Below are positions 1-15,992 of a stretch of 64,000 nt of DNA, one piece after another (the stretch's first letter is position 1; each line of letters starts with the position of its first letter). Under the pieces are notes generated by a model. It ran no database searches and was not told the origin of the DNA. It was given only the letters and a program-made list of their open reading frames with translations. Source of the stretch: the human T2T-CHM13v2.0 reference genome, Homo sapiens; the NCBI RefSeq assembly GCF_009914755.1, contig NC_060926.1. One strand, written 5' to 3'. The translations under genes were made by a program, and so were the position numbers.

Positions 1-429
1 AGAGCTCATAGTGTTCCTTACATAATATGACTTTCCCAGTGGCCACGTGTGCTCATAATGGTCTCAGTCTAAAACTGGCAGAAATTATGCATCTGTCAAC
101 ACCTGGCTAAATACAGCTTCTTCTCTGTGGCACCTTTACTAAATGTTCTCACCACCCTGAAAATGTCTTTATTTGGGCCATCCTCAAATATGTAATTCTA
201 ATTTACGGACTGTAACAATGAACCTAAATTCTTTTTTGAGAGCTGGGGCTACCAAATATATACTTGTGACTTTAGAACCATAAACATATTTGATATTCGA
301 TGGATGGATTATGAGTGATTTTTTTCATCCTTCAACATTTTTGTATTATTCAAATTTTCTAAAATACTTTGTATTACTTGTGAAATAAAAAAAAAAATTA
401 TATGCAAGTTGAATAAATGACATGAGAAA

Positions 430-865
430 GAGAAAAGTAGCCCATGATGGCCCAGGGTAGGCCTGGAACTCATACATTGGCTTTGTTGTATTCCAATGGA
501 TATGATTCCACAGAACACCAATATCAGACAAGGGCACTCAGTGACTGTGAAGAATCAAAACAAAAACATAACATCGCTTAAACCACAACAGTGGCCAAAT
601 ATCCTCCATCCTGGCTAATATGAGTGATTAGTGTTTCTTTTACAATCACAGCTTTAACTTCTCTGTGTTCTTCTCACTTTCTAGGTAAACATTTTTAAGA
701 TACTCAGCATAGAATAACCCATATTGTGACAGCATCCCATCCAGAGTCAAGCTCTATTTCACTGAGTCCTCATCAAAATCACCTAACACAAGCCTGATTA
801 CTATTCTAAGTCCTGTTAACAATTTCTTTTGTGATACCTCACCAGTCCCCATTGTTCAATATTTC
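430..865 (+). mobile_element. Old ERV1-class LTR fragment (MER90-like)
   Basis: Segments ctggctaatatgagtga...tttacaatcacagcttta and gacagcatcccatccagag...aaatcacctaacacaagcc resemble the recalled MER90 consensus; boundaries approximate. Confidence 0.5.
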
Positions 866-948
866 TGCGTTCCTAGTGGCATTGGTTGAAGGGCATTAAG
901 AGAATGATTGAATGAATGAGTGACATTTATCCACATAGACATGATTAT

Positions 949-1009
949 TTATATTAAACTCTAAGTTCTGTGTAATTAGAATTATATTAAACTCTAAGTT
1001 CTGTGTAAT
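949..1009. repeat. Perfect 28-bp direct duplication with 5-bp spacer
   Basis: ttatattaaactctaagttctgtgtaat at 949-976 and 982-1009. Confidence 0.9.
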
Positions 1010-2039
1010 GAAGGATGGCACCTTTCTCCTCTATCTCTAATATCTCACTTAAAAGAGTCATAAAATAAATGTGGAATAAACAAAATAGTCTTGAGTCTTT
1101 TGCTGCCTTTGTTAGCCCTCTGTCTGCTAGGATCACTCTGTGGAAGGTGCATTCTATGCCATTGCCACTGTATTTTAACATTTACTATGCTTTTATGATC
1201 CTGATATTGATAAAAACTATAAGCAACCCATATACATGACTTTGAAAAAATCAATGTAGTGCCTTTATTCTAATAAAATAAAAATAAAGTAACTTATAAT
1301 AAAATAAAGTATAATCCAGTAAGAAAAATGCTTAGAATATCTACACTAAGGATCCAGGTGTTTGCAACAACTTAGAAAGAATGAGTTCAGATTTAAGAAA
1401 TGTAACAAAATATTTAACACTGAATATTATCACTTTTTCTTTGACATTTTAAAAATAAACACCAAATAAACGCATTTATTTTCATACAAAGAATCACATA
1501 AAAGATATAGTATCTACTATTATAGGTTTGTTGTATTGAAAATTCAAATATGAGTGATGCTACATTCAGTGACATTATTTTCCAAATTGATTAATAAAAT
1601 CTTGATTATGCCCTTAAAAATAATGAATATCTTTACCTTAACATTCATGATTGTTGTAGTCCTAGAAATTTTAATATAAATTAAATTCATAAAAATATTT
1701 GTGTTTACTTATACAACAGAGTTATGTTATTGCCTCTGAAATTTATTAATATGTATGTGTATGTATATATATTTTTATAGGACCATCTGGTGGGAATTCA
1801 CATTTATGTAAAATGTAGCATTTCATTTTTGTATAGAAGAATCCTACACATTGCACAGCATCTAGAATGCCTGACACTTGCCCATTTGATGCCATATTAT
1901 TGACCTCAAACATGATGTCAATCAATATTGGCCCCATAAATTTCCAGAACACCACCTCTACACAGTCCTACAATTTCCAAAATACTTTAGCCTATGAACT
2001 CTCCTTATTCCTTCTGATCACTAAAAAGACCATAGATTT

Positions 2040-2661
<622 letters not shown>

Positions 2662-3695
2662 GTGGAGAGTACACCTGATGTAATTACCACCCCTGTGGCA
2701 AGCTAAGTAAGTAAATATAAAGTTTGTAACAGTCCTCAAAGCTATACAGAATAATTATGCAAAATATTTTAGAAACTATTTTATAAAATGATAACGTATG
2801 ACTATACTTTTTAAAAAGTGAATTTAGCTACACTGTATAAAAGTTGACATTTATATAATATCAAAATAGGTAGAGATGTAATCAGTTCAATGGAAAAAGT
2901 TAGAAAAACTAGCTTATTTAGAATCTCCTGGCAGGGACAATAAAGCTGTTTAAGTGACTAAGCATCTTAATTACTGCTGTACATACAGCCACTGCTTCTT
3001 TAGTGTTGTGCTATTGAATTTTTTTGCCATGCTACAAACATAATTATTTTGAAAGTATTACATTGTAGCAACAGGTTCAAGCCAACTTTTAGCAGTAGAA
3101 TTGTAGGATCAAAAATGTGTGTATATTTTTTAGAACTTAGTGTGAGCGGTATTGACAAAATGTCCACCAAAACTGTTGCATCAATTTAAACTCCCAATTT
3201 TTTTTTAAAGACCATTGATGTTAGCTTAGGATGTGAATGTATGTAAAATATATTAAGCCAGTCTAGCTTATTTATACTTAAAAAAAAATTAACACGTTTA
3301 AATATGCTCAATGCAAAATTACTAATTTCAATCTATGTTTTAATTCAGTGCAATAAAATCTTTTAATCTACTTAAAATGATGAATTGGGCATCGTAAATT
3401 CAAATCAAATAAAAAAATGCTCCTTTTCCTGAAAGTAAAAATTTCTTCTACCTGCAGGTGTTTTGGTTTTGCAAAAGTCTTTTTTCCCTTTTCTTAATGA
3501 CTGTCATTTTATAATGACTTTAATGATAAACCTCATTTGTAATCATCTCTAATTTGGGGTTATATAGCCTGCTTCTTATGATATGTGTCAACAATGACAC
3601 ATAATTGCTGTCTCCTGGGATTCATTAACAGAACAATATCATCTCCTCTGTTCAGATTTTCAGAGGGACCTTAGTTCCCTGGGTGAGGTAATTCT

Positions 3696-4017
3696 TTTAT
3701 CTTTTCTTTTTTATTTTTTTATTTTTTTTATTTTTTTGAGACAGAGGCTCAATCTGTTGCCCAGGCTGGAGCGCAATGGCGTGATCTCAGTTCACTGCAA
3801 CCTCTACCTCCCGGGTTCAAGCAATTCTCCTACCTCAGCCTCCCATAGCTGGGATTACAGGGGCATGCCATCATGCCAGGCTAATTTTGTATTTTTAGTA
3901 GAGACAGTGTTTCACCACGTTGGCCAGGCTGGTATTAAGCTCCTGACCTCAGGCGATCCACCTCCCTCGGCCTTGCAAAGTGCGGAGATTACAGGCATGA
4001 GCCACCCGCGCCAGGCC
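3696..4017 (-). mobile_element. AluS, full length
   Basis: Dimeric Alu with poly-T on the left; imperfect TSD gggtgaggtaattct / gggtaaggttaattct. Confidence 0.95.
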
Positions 4018-4576
4018 GGGTAAGGTTAATTCTATCTCAGTTTGTCTTCATGTGAAATTAAGAGTAACAATCATTTTAAAACCCAGTCTTATCAGATAGC
4101 ACTTGAAAAATGCAAGGAGAATATCCCATTGGGAAAGCAGAGATGATTGAATAACAAGAACAAGTTTAACTGGCTAGTTCTATGGAGATATTATAAAGCA
4201 ATAGTCCTCCAGAAACTTATTTGGAAAACAGGTTTCCTTTTTTGCACACATATTTATAAAGCATTGATGGCTACAGAGTTCTTTCATATACATTTTCTTT
4301 CTTAATCTCGGCTTCGTAACCCTAGGAGATGCCAATTTCTCTGTGGTTATTTTATGGAAGAATTTATTGTATGTATTCTCTTAGAGGCAAAAGATTTGTG
4401 GAAATGGTGCAGTGGGACCTTTAAAGGAACTCTTAAAGACTCGATAGACTGCTACTTTCCTAAAATAACAAAACACCATCTGTCAGACAGAATTTGTGTG
4501 AAGAGAGAATAATAACGTTTCATTTACTGCATACACCAGGAGAGCTGATAAATCTTCTTGAGGTCATGGATGTTTT

Positions 4577-4788
4577 TTGGAACAGTTTCAATTTACATTT
4601 TATTTGTGAAGATAGCTGTCAGGAGGCACGTTGGAAGCAGTCAGTGGTGTGTCATCACAATGCCGGCTGCTCACCGCACACCACGGCGAGGGAGAACACT
4701 CGGTGTGTGAGACGGGAACACCGGGCCAGAGGGCCAGGGCCCGAGGGACAAGGGTGTTGAGTCAGTTTTCCTAAGGGCCACATGCTTG
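4577..4788 (-). pseudogene. Candidate short 5'-truncated retrocopy of an mRNA 3' end
   Basis: GC/CpG-rich island in AT-rich DNA; minus-strand AATAAA (4599-4604) 20 nt before a short A tract; flanking GGATGTTTT (4568-4576) and GGATATTTT (4789-4797) as possible TSD ending at a TTTT/A L1 endonuclease site. Confidence 0.4.
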
Positions 4789-5554
4789 GGATATTTTAGG
4801 GAAAAACATAAAGGAAAGAAAGTAGGTGTGGTAGATAGATGTAGTTCAATTTATTTCGCTCTTTGAGTTCTGTTCTGAAGGCATGGCAATAGCAACACTG
4901 ACAAGTAAAATTGTTGATTATTTGTCTTCAGGGACTCAGTGCTACGGTGAAAATATTGAACACATGTGATAAGGAAGGTAATGAGCTAGATAATGGTAAC
5001 ATTCTGATGAGTATGGTAGGCTCTCTGTCCTTGAGGGACTCACAGCATAGCGAAGAAGTCAAGAAACCAAAATAGGCAAGTCCGAGAAAATCTATGATGT
5101 ATGCGCATAAAATTATACGTCCTATGGGAGTAGTTTATTTCACTCTACCCAGAGCATTGGAAAATGTTTTCCAAAAAAGATGATACCTGAGCTGAATCTG
5201 AAGGACAAATATGAATGAAGGTGGATGGGCAGTGGAGGCAGAAGTAATGCCAGAAGCAGAGGCAATGCTACAAACAGACATTCTACCTCCTCCTCCTTAT
5301 CATCATCAAAGTCACCATCATAGAAATAATAATGCTAATACTCATAATAGTATTTAATAATAGTATTTAGGACTTGGCAAATGTTTTATAAGCATCATTT
5401 TATTTAATTTTGTTTTTAATTTTTAAAATAGATTTAGAGGGTACAATTATAGTTTTGTTACATGGATATAGTGGTGGTTAAGTCTGGGCTTTTAGAGTAA
5501 CCATCACCTGAATTTGTGAACGTTGTAATTTTGTAATTTTCATCCCACACTTCA

Positions 5555-5630
5555 TCCCACCCTCCCACCCTCCCACCCTCCCACCCTCCCACCCTCTCAC
5601 CCTCCCACCCTCTCACCCTCTCATCCTTCC
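5555..5630. repeat. (TCCCACCC)n octamer array, G-rich on the minus strand
   Basis: About 9 units expanded from the L1 3' UTR G tract. Confidence 0.9.
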
Positions 5631-5763
5631 CGAGTCTCCAGTGTCTATTATTCCACACTTTATGTCCATGTATACACATTATTTACCTCCCACTTATAAG
5701 TGAGAATGTGGTATTTCATGTTCTGTTTTGAGTAATTTTACTTAAGATAAAACTTTCAGTTCT

Positions 5764-6060
5764 GTCAGGCATGGTGGCTCACACCTATAATCTCAGCACT
5801 TTGGGAGGCGGAGGCGGAAGGATCACTTGAGGCCAGGAGTTGGAGACAACCCTGGGTGATATGATGAAACCCCATCTCTACTAAAAATACAAAAACTAGC
5901 CAGGCATGGTGGCTCACACCTGTAGTCCCAGCAACTCAGGAAGCTGAGGCTTGAGAATCCTTTGAACCTGGGAGGTGGAGGTTGCAGCGAGCCAAGATCT
6001 TGCTACTGCACTCCAGCCTGGGTGACAGAGTGAGACTCCATCTCAAACAAATAAATGACA
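5764..6060 (+). mobile_element. Alu (older AluS/J-like)
   Basis: Dimeric Alu; approximate TSD aaaactttcagttc / aaaacccttccagttc. Confidence 0.92.
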
Positions 6061-7101
6061 AAAACCCTTCCAGTTCCATTTATATTGCTGCAAAATGCAT
6101 AATTTCATTCTTTTTATGGATAAGTAGTATTCCATTGTATATGTATAACACATTTTTTAAATCCAATCATCTGCTGAAAGTAGGTGCCTTAGTAGTCCTA
6201 TGCATTGAAAGAGAACTGAACTTCAAGAGATAAAGTAATATGACCAAGAAATAAGCACTCAGTAGTTGGGTTTGAACTTATTTAAATCCACACAGTCTGA
6301 CTCTGAATATGAATTGAAAATCACTACACTATTCTGCCCCTGCATGTATCCTGTGCATGTGTGTGGGCAGAGGGAGCGAGGAAGCAGAGTGTGGCTAGCA
6401 ATTTGCTATAAGGCAGAGTGTAGTTGGAGTTGGAGTAGAGAAATATGTGGAGATCGGGTCATATTGATCTAAAGAGTTTAAAATTTATAGAAAATGAGGG
6501 AAGCATGATGTATTTTAAGTAGAAAAGGTAATAATGGCTTTCAGTAGCCATTTGCTTAAAGTAGTTTTTATTCTAATGTTTTATTTGCAGTGCTAAGGAC
6601 AGCAAATTGCTTTATGAAACTAAATTTACATGGGTGTTTCTTTTAAAATTTAATATAATTTAAGCCAGAAAATACATTAGCAATAACTGCTATTATAAGT
6701 CATAGAAAGTCCTAGTAATTTCTGGTCATTATAGGATTGGTTGAAGATTCATCTTGAGTAATGTAGATCTTAAATTATAACCATATTTAAAAGTAAATTT
6801 AATGCATAACTTTAAAACAGATTCAAGAATAAAACTAGTTCCATTAAGATTTTTCCTAGAATTTTTTTAGGAGTGAGATATAGGTAAGAAATTAAAATCT
6901 CATTATTTTTTTCCATTCTGAAGAACGAACTTTAATTTTTTCATCAGTTGGCTTATTTTGAAGTGCTACTTGACATAAAATGGACTGTTTATTTTTAGTG
7001 TAGGGGGCAGCCTCATAAACTCCTAGGTAGCTATTGTCAAGATTGTATTTATTCATCCAAAATTGATTATAAACCATTCTCTATGAGAAGTAGGGCAACA
7101 T

Positions 7102-7752
7102 AGAACTGATCCTTCCTACTATGATTTTTGTATTTGTGAATTCACATTCTTGCCAAAATGTATTTAGAACCCCCAAATCAATACTCTTGGTTCAATCATG
7201 ATCATTTATTGACATTTGCAAAATGGCAAAAATCTGAGGTAAGTGAAACTCACCTTCCAGCTGAGGTAGAACAAAGCAACCCTGAGTCTTCTTATTTCAG
7301 CTGTCATACTATAGGCATGTGTCCTTTTTCGCAGGTTTTTTACGGCTACATTTTTCACATTTTTGTGTTTCCTCGTAGTGATTTGCTGTCTGAAATGGCC
7401 CCCAAGCATAGTGCTAAAGTTCCATCTGGCGTTTCTATGCACAAGAAGTCTGTAATGTGCTTTATGGGGAAAACATGTACATTAGATGAACTTTATTCAG
7501 GTATAAGTTATAGTACTGTTGGCTGTGAGTTCAATATTCATGACTCAACAGTACATATTAAATGAGGTATCTTCATACTGAAACATACCCAGAATAAGGC
7601 CATATATTGATTGGTTAAGAAAGTATCACGGTCAGAGGCTCATGAAACCCTAACCCAGTATCTCCTCTAGGAGCAATGGTTCTGGATTTGCTATTTCAGT
7701 GTTCATTGTGACTTTATAAAGCATAACTACAGTGAAAAGTGAGAACTGACAG
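7102..7752 (+). mobile_element. MER82-like TcMar-Tigger non-autonomous DNA transposon
   Basis: About 650 bp with aaatggcccccaagcatagtgct, gctgtgagttcaat, ctaggagcaatggttc; ends resemble the cagttgatcctc / gagaatcaactg TIRs. Confidence 0.75.
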
Positions 7753-8513
<761 letters not shown>

Positions 8514-9309
8514 TAAGAGATGAGTGAGAGAAGACAAATATCCTGGAGTGTGACAGATGATCCCGATGGTAGCAGAAGAGTGAGAGCAGGCAGCAGTGGG
8601 GGCTGTCCTCACATTGTGAGGATGGAGAGAAGTGCTGATGCCCTGGTTTATTGATTTGCTCGCTTCTGAGGCAGTTCCCAGTGACCTTCATGTGTATCGG
8701 CACTTAGGAACTTCATTTATTCTTACTGTAATACAAAGAAGTAGCATAACTTGATAGAGGCTTAGAGGTTACTTAATCTCTAGACTCTTATTTTCAAACA
8801 GAGCAAGTGAGTCCCAGTGAGGGATGATGAGTTTATTGGAAAACTAGGTTCTCTTACTTTTAATTCATTTCATCTGCCATATATCATCATTTCTCTTAAG
8901 GCATTTTAAACTCTTTCTATGCAGCTTATCTGTGCTATAAATTTATTTAAACATGATTTGTCCAATTTAGTTGTAAGAAAAAATGGTCTGAGTTAAATGG
9001 TCGGCCAACCCGTTGATGTCTTAAACAAACGCTACTATTTTTAGTGGTCTCCAGGTCTGAAACTGCCAACAAATCAGTTGGGCATCTTTTCGACTCTATA
9101 AGTAGTCCATATCACACCTTCTATAGATGGGAAAACACAGTAGACTTTGAAAATGAATTTTTTCCCGTTTTACTAAGCATATGAACTATCATTAATTTAG
9201 GTTTTAGCATAGACAAATAATGGGATTTTATTGTATTGTATGAAAATCTTTTCACTTCTCTTGACTGACTTATTTATTATATTTTCTCTGTGACTAAGAA
9301 CAGATTCTC

Positions 9310-9424
9310 AGCTGGGTACCATGGTTTATGCCTGTACTCCCAGGGCTTTGGTAGGCCGAGGCAGGTGGGGGATCACTCGAGGCCAGGAGTTTATGACCAG
9401 CCTAGTCAACATAGTGAGACATTG

Positions 9425-9469
<45 letters not shown>

Positions 9470-9540
9470 TTTCTCCTGCACTATCTCTCTCTCTCTCTCA
9501 CATACACATTCTCTCTCTCTCCATTTATATAAATTTGTGG
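9310..9540 (+). mobile_element. Free left Alu monomer (FLAM-like) with a (CT)n(CA)n tail
   Basis: Single monomer 9310-9425; TSD gaacagattctc at 9298-9309 and 9541-9552. Confidence 0.8.
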
Positions 9541-10156
9541 GAACAGATTCTCTTTCAGTATAAATACAAAAGGACTTAATGAAATCAGAAAAATTATTAG
9601 TACTGTAATTTGCATATGTGTAGGTGTGTCTGAATCATCTTTTGGTTCTCAGTATTTTCCAGCAGGTCCATTGCAAGATTTAGACTGTGGATCCAGACCA
9701 CCCCAATAGAATTTCCTTGTACAATTTGGGTTTTTATATTTAGTTGTATTTTGCATTTTACTTTTTATTATCTTTTTAAATATGTTTCTTGCTAACTTTT
9801 ATTCCCGACATTCTGAGTATATTTAGAAAATTTTCAGAAGATTCTATATATACAAATCAAATATCTGATTTAAACCATTATGTGGGCAAAGGGATTATAG
9901 TGCTAGATTACATATTTATGTTTCACCTACATCAGTATTTACAGGTTAATAAATAATAGGATGTTATAAAATAAATATACTAGATTACTAACAGAATTTT
10001 CAAAAAAATCAAAAAAGAAAAATAATAGAAAATAGGGTGTATTACACAAAATTATGGTGAATATTATTTCAGAAAACATTTGTTTTAACTTTTTATATGA
10101 GTGCATGCATATTATACTGGATAGCAATATAAAAGATATTTTTCTATGAATCATTG

Positions 10157-11087
<931 letters not shown>

Positions 11088-11112
11088 AATTATGCTCAAA
11101 GAACCCCATCTA

Positions 11113-11611
<499 letters not shown>

Positions 11612-12642
11612 GCCCTGTCTAGATATTTTAAAAATTTACTCTTCCCTTCCACGGGGTATGAGACCAAGTCTACATGCTGTGCCAATTAATATAAGTCAAA
11701 TGTTCTTCTATTTGAAGTAACTGTTTCAATTACATATATCTACTAAAGTATATAATGACCAGAAATCATTTACCTGATTGTCATGTTTTCTCATAATTGT
11801 AGATGTCCTCAAGTCCTTACTCTCTGAGTCATGTTATTTTCTGACTGATATGCTTTGGTCAGAATGAGAAGATGGAGACAAGACTGGACTTTAAATTTTC
11901 AAAACAAATAGCAAAAAACAGTGGTAAAAATATAACAGCAGAATGTGGAATCTGAAAAAAAAAGAGGAAGGTTTATAGGCATTATGCTGAAAGTGGGGCA
12001 AAATGAAGAGACTGAGTGTAGGGCCAAATATGAAATCTGTTGATCAGAATATACCTGGGTTGCAGTATCTGCGAATGGGAATATTAAAGAAAAATGGAGG
12101 TTGTGGCAATCAAGAAGTCAAATGGAACAAGCACTGTAGGAATTCTCTGAGGTTGGCTCTAAGATTTAATCTACACCAGATGGCAATTTACCCATTAAAT
12201 TTTTTTTGTGACTAACTCCTTTTGACATTAGGTGAGTGAATTGTATAATTGGTTTGCGAAGCAGTGTTCTTTTCCATTTCAACAATAATTCATCTTTTTT
12301 CCCCTACTCTCCTATTAAATGAGATAATAATTTCAAGGTATATACAAACTTTTGAGGCAGTGAATACTTTTTTTCCTAGATTTATTTCATAAATGAATAT
12401 TTCTTTAAGTTATAAGATCACTTTTATAGATAATAGTGAATAGACCCCATGTAAATACTATGCAGTTTCTTAAAGAAGTGTTTGATTAAAGTGACAGATA
12501 AAGTCATAGAAAGTTCTTTTAAAGCAGGAGACCTTCTTTGGAATATCATTAATTTGAGATCCTGGAGCTTGGCCAGTGTGTGAGTGATGTGAGTTCAGCC
12601 TTGTGGTATAGAATTTGAAAGTCAGTTATGAATTATGAGAAT

Positions 12643-13092
12643 TGTCACTCGAGTCTGTGTGAAGAGGCCACCAAACAGGCTTTGTGTGAGCAGCAAGGCT
12701 GTTAATTTCACCTGGGTGCAGGCGGGCTGAGTCCAAAAAGAGAGTCAGCAAAGGGAGATAAGGGTGGGGCCGTTTTATAAGATTTGGGTAGGTAAAGGAA
12801 AATTACAGTCAAAGGGGGGTTCTCTGGCAGGCAGGGGTGGGGGTCACAAGGTGCTCAGTTGGGGAGCTTTTGAGCCAGGATGAGCCAGCAGAAGGAATTT
12901 CACAAGGTAATATCATCAGTTAAGGCAGGGACCAGCCATTTTCACTTCTTTTGTGGTGGAATGTCATCAATTAAGGCAGGAACCAGTCATTTTCACTTCT
13001 TTTGTGATTCTTCACTTGCTTTGGGCCATCTGGGCGTATATGTGCAGGTCACAGGGGATACGATGGCTTAGCTTGGGCTCAGAGGCCTGACA
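12643..13092 (-). mobile_element. Solo LTR7 (HERV-H LTR), 450 bp
   Basis: Minus strand starts TGTCAGGCCTCTGAGCCCAAGCTAAGCC; TSD AGAAT at 12638-12642 and 13093-13097. Confidence 0.97.
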
Positions 13093-13598
13093 AGAATGAT
13101 GATGGGTATTGGCATGGGAGGTAAAAGGCCAGGAAAGGCATGTTTTGAATCAATGTACTGATGGACTTGTTTAAGTTGAATGCAGATGGAAAGCTAGTTT
13201 CACTTTTTCATTGAATCATACGTTGTTCTCAGAAACTAGTGGCTCATTCTCTAATTGACTAAACCAGGTACCCAGAGGAAACATGGATTGTTGAAAATAT
13301 ACAAGTGTTATCTTGAGACCTTGTAAACAGCCCAGGGAGTATTGATAAGTCCAATAAGTTAAACAACAATGGTGTTTTCAGTACCATCATGAGGTCCTTC
13401 TTGCTACATTAAAAACCCAGATTTGAAGAGGGTCTTTGCTGCCACCAAAACAAGTCCTTTTAAAAAAGTAATGAAATAGCATAGGCCTTAATTCTAGGAT
13501 TGTCAATCAGAATGCTAAGCATTCTGATTTCCGTGGACAGTTCATGGCACAAGAGTAGAATATATGTTTTAATGAAATTTTCCACACTGTGGTGGGCC

Positions 13599-14273
13599 TG
13601 TTGAAGATAAATAAAACCGGATGTTAGTTACAATGGTGAAAACAGACGTTATTCATAACTACTGAGAGGGAAAGAGCAGAGTTGCATTCCGATTTGCATA
13701 GAAGTGATGGTGCATTTTCATGAGAGAATGAGGGAGTGGAGGGGGAGCAAGCAGGCACTCAAGTAGTGTCAGGGAAGTGAAAAATTACAAAGGTTGGTCA
13801 GTGTAAATGTAATTAGTCTAGCTGTGTCTGTTAACTGGCAATGATCACAGTTAGGATTCTATCCTCCCACAGGGACTGGGAGGTAGAGACCCTATCCTTC
13901 CTTGGAAATGCAATCATTATTACATTTTAAAGTAATGGCTTTCAGGTCCTTGGGAAAGACACTTCTGAGTTGTAGGAGAGGCATATACATCTCAAAAGGA
14001 CAGAGACGTATTCACAATGTTAAGCTATGTTTAGCAAAGGATCTAAATAAGCAGGTCAGGTGCCTATTCATCCAGGGTTCCCTAAAACAAACAGTAAATT
14101 CTTTTGACAGCCCTGAGCTTTTCGAGGCAGGAATTTAAAAGAAAGCTGGGTGGTTACGGAGACACAACGAATGATCTTACGGTGATAGAAGCCCTGCTAA
14201 AGTTTAGTCAATTCTCTTAGAGCAGAGTTTTAGATGAAGTTATTATGAGCTGACAGTTCTTGCAATTCTCAAC
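13599..14273 (-). mobile_element. ERV1 solo LTR (MER67-like)
   Basis: Minus start GTTGAGAATTGCAAGAACTGTCAGC; internal tttcaggtccttgggaaagaca and acagtaaattcttttgacagcc. Confidence 0.65.
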
Positions 14274-14848
14274 CCAGGGTCAATTTACATCCTGCAAATC
14301 AAGGAAGTTTCTTGGAGGCCCCAGAATCTGAGGCCTCCTTAGAGTGTTACCTCAAAACTGGGCATTATAAAAAAAAATGTATGTAATTGTTCTATGTATT
14401 GTATCATCTGAGTTGAAGATTCTACTTGGTGTGGGCACGGAGGACCACAGGTGGTAAGATACTGGACATGGAATACTCATTTTTCCAAGTGGAACATTAA
14501 GGTCCTCATCTTTATCAGAAGCCATGGTTCTCATCTAGTTGCATGTTTTATGTAATTATATCCTGTGGAAAGAGAGGAATTTAGTGTTCAGAATATTTCT
14601 GCTAGATCATGGACTCTTGGAAATATATGCCCAGAGTAACAGAGGACACCCAGGAAATGACACTAACAATTATAGGGAGCCAGACTGTCCATGCATTGTG
14701 CCTAGAGTCTCTGGACTTTCACTGGAGTAATTTGGCATTTTATCTATTAATCAAGGAGGATATTTAAAGTTTCTGGAGATGCCAGAATCTACCAAGATAC
14801 ATTAAACAATTTGAGCAAGTATTTTCCATAGTTATGTACAAGATTTAG

Positions 14849-14988
14849 GTTTTTTTGGTTTTTTGTTTGTTTGTTTGTTTGTTTTTTATACTTTAAGTTT
14901 TAAGGCACATGTGCACAATGTGCAGGTTTGTTACATATGTATACATGTGCCATGTTGGTGTGCTGCACCCATTAACTCGTCATTTACA
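14849..14988 (-). mobile_element. Very short 5'-truncated L1PA
   Basis: tatactttaagtttt...catgttggtgtgctgcacccattaactcgtcattta; TSD acaagatttag (14838-14848 / 14988-14998). Confidence 0.93.
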
Positions 14989-15258
14989 CAAGATTTAGTT
15001 TCGAAATGAACATGACATTTAAAAAATGGACATCATAGTAGAGCTACTCTGTATTTCCATCACAAAGGAACCAGCTCATTTTTTCTTCTTATAATATTTC
15101 TCGCCTTACAGTCTAGTAATTTGCTTTAGAATTTTCTAGAAAAGTGACAGAGCTAGCTAAATTATAGACACTGAATTTTTTTTTTTCCTTCTCTTGAGGT
15201 AGCAAAGTTGAACTTGCTTGGTTGTATTAAATCTTTGTTGGATAGGAAACTAGTTACC

Positions 15259-15566
<308 letters not shown>

Positions 15567-15766
15567 CTATCACAGCAATTATGTAAGGCGTACTTCTTTT
15601 AGTACGTCTCTTGTTGATGCTTCATGGCCCTTCAAGCCTTCTTCCATCATAGCACTTACCACAGTAAATTATAATAATAATACACTACCCTGTCTCCCTC
15701 CCTGAACTGTAAGCAAGTTGAAGACACAAGTTGATCACCTTTACCTAGCACCCAGAATAGTGCCTA

Positions 15767-15992
15767 TTGGTTATATTAAATCTTTGTTGGATAGAAAATT
15801 AGTTACTGGATGGGCGCGGTGGCTCACACCTGTAATCCCAGCACTTTGGGTGGCCGAGGTGGGCAGATCACGATGTCAGGAGTTTGAGACCAGCTTGGCC
15901 AACATGGCAAAACCTCGACTCTACTAAAAATACAAAAATTAGCCAGGCATGGTGACAGGCACCTGTAATCCCAGCCACAGGGGAGGCTGAGG
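15767..15992 (+). repeat. 226-bp direct copy of 15218-15443 (41 bp unique flank plus Alu 5' part)
   Basis: Unique flank matches 37/41; Alu part stops at gaggctgagg with no tail or TSD. Confidence 0.9.

Larger units (their letters stand above)
5395..6175 (-). mobile_element. L1 (L1PB/L1MA-type) 3' end interrupted by an Alu
   Basis: L1 3' UTR motifs (cccacttataagtgagaa, tccagttccat...tttcattctttttatgg) on both sides of the Alu at 5764-6060. Confidence 0.85.

Noticed and set aside
949-1009. Short direct repeats as a CRISPR-like array
   Set aside because: Only two copies in primate DNA; ordinary duplication
1780-1796. CTCF-like motif (minus CCACCAGATGGTC); similar near 10770 and 47739
   Set aside because: Imperfect matches expected by chance; unsupported without ChIP data
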